From assembly GCF_032444005.1 (NCBI RefSeq), contig NC_091286.1, positions 278,256,001 through 278,320,000 of the forward strand: a stretch of DNA of 64,000 nucleotides. The letters are read 5' to 3'. Shown in pieces: positions 61,262-64,000 of the stretch. Each line of letters opens with the position of its first letter. Position 1 is the stretch's first letter. Under the pieces are notes generated by a model, which saw only the letters and a list, made by a program, of their open reading frames with translations, ran no database searches and was not told the DNA's origin. The DNA comes from Ranitomeya imitator. Taxonomy: Eukaryota. Made by a program: the position numbers and the translations under genes.

Positions 61262-63410
61262 TATTCTCTGTTGCACTCCTCCAAGTCACTTCCTTGCCAG
61301 CTGTCCGACAGGAACTGTCCTATTTCCTTGAGGACATTCATCCCCAATTTTACAATTGGTCCATCCCTGATGGGGCCCTTCACCAGCACGATCCCATTAT
61401 TTCCTATATTCCGTGTGCAGACACACAGCTCCATCCATACCACCCCACTACTTGGATAGGTAACTGATTGGCAGCCATCAGTTGAATGCATGTGCTTCCC
61501 TCTTAACCTGACAGCGCTTCCAAAATGTTGCCAGGTTAAGAGGGGATCCCATCCATTTGAAATGTACTTCTGGCTTTGCAGTCACCTTGGACTCCGTATC
61601 CATTTGACAACTATTCCTCCGTCTGTCCAGCTTGGCCCACATAGTAGAACTATTGTAAATTACATTTTCTGAGCTGAGCCATCAGCCCTCTCTACAGTGG
61701 ACTCAGTCCCACAGTGTGCTTCCAGACTATGGGGCACTTTAGTTTAACGGCCGCTCCCATTGCTGGCTACCTCGGGTGGGGCAATTCCTCAACATGTAAA
61801 TAAGTCCAACACTCAAATCTGTGCTGGTCTGGTTAGCATCTTGGTCTGTATTGCTGCCCTCTGGGAGTGGGGTAACCCCTCTCTGGTCGCTATTCAGGCC
61901 AAGGTGTGTAATTTGATTCTGGTGTAGCTGCAGGGGTTTTTCTTATACTCAATAGCCTCCCTCTGATTTATTGCATTTCCTGTTGTAATTCAAGGGCCCT
62001 TACTGGCTCGACATAGGGCACCCCAAAGCAGACACTTCATGGCTTCGGACCATACCTGCCATGTTGTTCTCAGACTCTGGGCTCAGATCCGACCTCGAGG
62101 AAACTCATGTTGAATTCTTTGTAGCCCAGACATTCTTTCAAGGCCTGCCTCAAGTAGGTGTCTCTTAGGCCCATAACCAGTTGGTCCCGCAGTAATTCAT
62201 CCAGCAGGCCTAGTCCCCTATTTTCACCTTCAGTTTTCTTAGTGATGTGAGCCAATACTTCGTGCAGAGCATTCACTTATTAGGCAACTGTCTTTACCGT
62301 TGAACCAGAAAGAAAAGGCAAATGTGCAGGTTAACTATCTTCAAGTATTACCACTACAATCTTGATCACAGTGCCTCAGCTATCTAAACATGATCGTCTG
62401 TCGTGCCTCTCTGTCGAAGATCAGCAAGGCTATCTCTTCTTGTAAGGCAGGCATGATAGGGTGCATTCGTAACATGCTCTTCAGAAGTTCAACCCAGTTC
62501 CATATCTGTAAATTGTCACCTGTAAACTTTGGTATGTTGCTGAGCATAGCTTCAAGAGGGAGACAGCCCCTGTGATCTCAGTTATCAACTGATCCGCCAT
62601 TTCTGCACTCCAGAGTTGCATCCTGCTGACTATGCCAAATATAAGCAGAAAAGTAGATGCCACAGCGCAGAGAATGAAGACTCAGTAGTACTTTAACCAA
62701 AAGATATTCATTTGATTAACACGGATATATGTGGTACCTATGGCACAATATCACAGGGTAAAGTAAAAAGTGGAAATTCTGTAAATTATTATACAATGAG
62801 AATGCAACAATTTGGCTATACTGGGGGTTAACACAATTCTATTCCTGTACTATTGTTCTGTTGCTAAAAGTAAACAACTATTATCATCAGTGGTGTCTTA
62901 GACCTAATACCTTCACCAAAAGTGTGCCACAACACTATTGGGCCCATCATTGTCATCACTATCTCTCACTTAGGCAATACGAATCTACATACAGGCTCTA
63001 ACGGGACTGTACGATACTACGCCGTTATGCCACAAGCCCCTTATCAATAAGTCACTTTTCACACCCGTTATACTGGCCGCTGTAGTCCCCTGAGGCATGG
63101 CCCTAGTTCACTTCTATACCAGAAGTTACAGTTCACACGAACGTCCCTCTCCTGTGGCCTAATCGTCTCCTTCTGCTCTGGCTCTGCACACTTGGCTCGG
63201 ATCGGGTTACTCGTTTCTGGTCACTTGGTTCGTCACTTGGATCTGGTCACTCAGTTCTGAACACTCGGTATCTTGCACACATCTGGTTACTTGGATCTGG
63301 TTACTCGTAATGGTGGCTATAAGCCAACTCTGCTGCACCGTATGTCTGTCCTGCCACAAGTCCAGGTGCCAACTCCTCCACTTCTCTGCTCTCCGAGGCC
63401 TTTTATAATT
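61262..63410 (-). mobile_element. Degenerate Ty3/Gypsy remnant (gag and protease fragments, possible LTR)
   Basis: LRDQLVMGLRDTYLRQALKE gag-like motif (62070..62276) and protease-like IVKLGMNVLKE (61255..61491); many stops. Confidence 0.55.
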
Positions 63411-63412
63411 AA

Positions 63413-64000
63413 CTAGCTATTGAACCCGTTCTACGCCCGGGTGGCGAGCATTTATATTGGTATATGGTCTCCATCCTGGTATGTGCTGCTCCATCCTGCA
63501 TCCCCATCCTGTCATGTGCTGCTCCATCCTGCGTCCCCATCCTGTCATGTGCTGCTCCATCCTGCACCCCCATTCTGTCATGTGCTGCTCCATCCTGCAT
63601 CCCCATCCTGTCATGTGCTGCTCCCATCCTGCGCCCCCGTTCTGTCATGTGCTGCTCCCATCCTGCTCCCCTGTTCTGTCATGTGCTGCTCCCATCTTGC
63701 ACCCGTTCTGTCATGTGCTGCTGCCATCCTGCGCCCGTTCTGTCATGTGCTGCTCCCATCCTGCGCCCGTTCTGTCATGTGCTGCTGCCATCCTGCGCCC
63801 GTTCTGTCATGTGCTGCTGCCATCCTGCGCCCGTTCTGTCATGTGCTGCTCCCATCCTGCTCCTCCATTCTGTCATTTGCTGCTCCCATCCTGTCATGTG
63901 CTGCACCCATCCTGTGCCCCCGTTCTGTCATGTGCTGCTCCCATCCTGCGCCCCCGTTCTGTCATGTGCTGCTCCCATCCTGCTCCCCTGTTCTGTCATG
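63413..64000 (-). mobile_element. Second Helitron-like family: 3' end plus internal minisatellite of about 30-33 bp (runs off window)
   Basis: A|CTAG at 63413, hairpin ACCCG-ttctacgcc-CGGGT about 8 nt inside, then (ccatcctgcgccccgttctgtcatgtgctgct)n. Confidence 0.7.

Noticed and set aside
63409-63648. ORFs with GAAHDRMG repeats
   Set aside because: Translations of the Helitron-internal minisatellite.

Overview
Gene-poor vertebrate genomic DNA, most likely anuran amphibian (inferred from the transposon families present). It consists almost entirely of nested transposable elements, and no host gene could be identified. The dominant structure is a 12.9-kb palindrome: two near-identical 6.2-kb inverted arms (12527-18727 and 19155-25404) around a 427-bp spacer. 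One breakpoint lies inside a Helitron 3' terminus and the other inside a Tc1 TIR, abutting a perfect 48-bp hairpin. Immediately to the right is a 1.7-kb head-to-head Helitron concatemer with a 3' terminus (hairpin+CTAG) at both ends. It is followed by an intact young chromodomain Ty3/Gypsy element with matching 748-bp LTRs and a self-priming PBS signature. The rest includes at least eight Tc1/mariner copies (one intact, DD34E), an L1 3' fragment with TSD, a related solo LTR, degenerate Gypsy and hAT remnants, TTAA-targeting non-autonomous elements (one with a telomere-like tract), Harbinger and hAT MITEs, a SINE, Penelope-like pieces and minisatellites. All comparisons were made by eye and from the ORF track; no searches were run.
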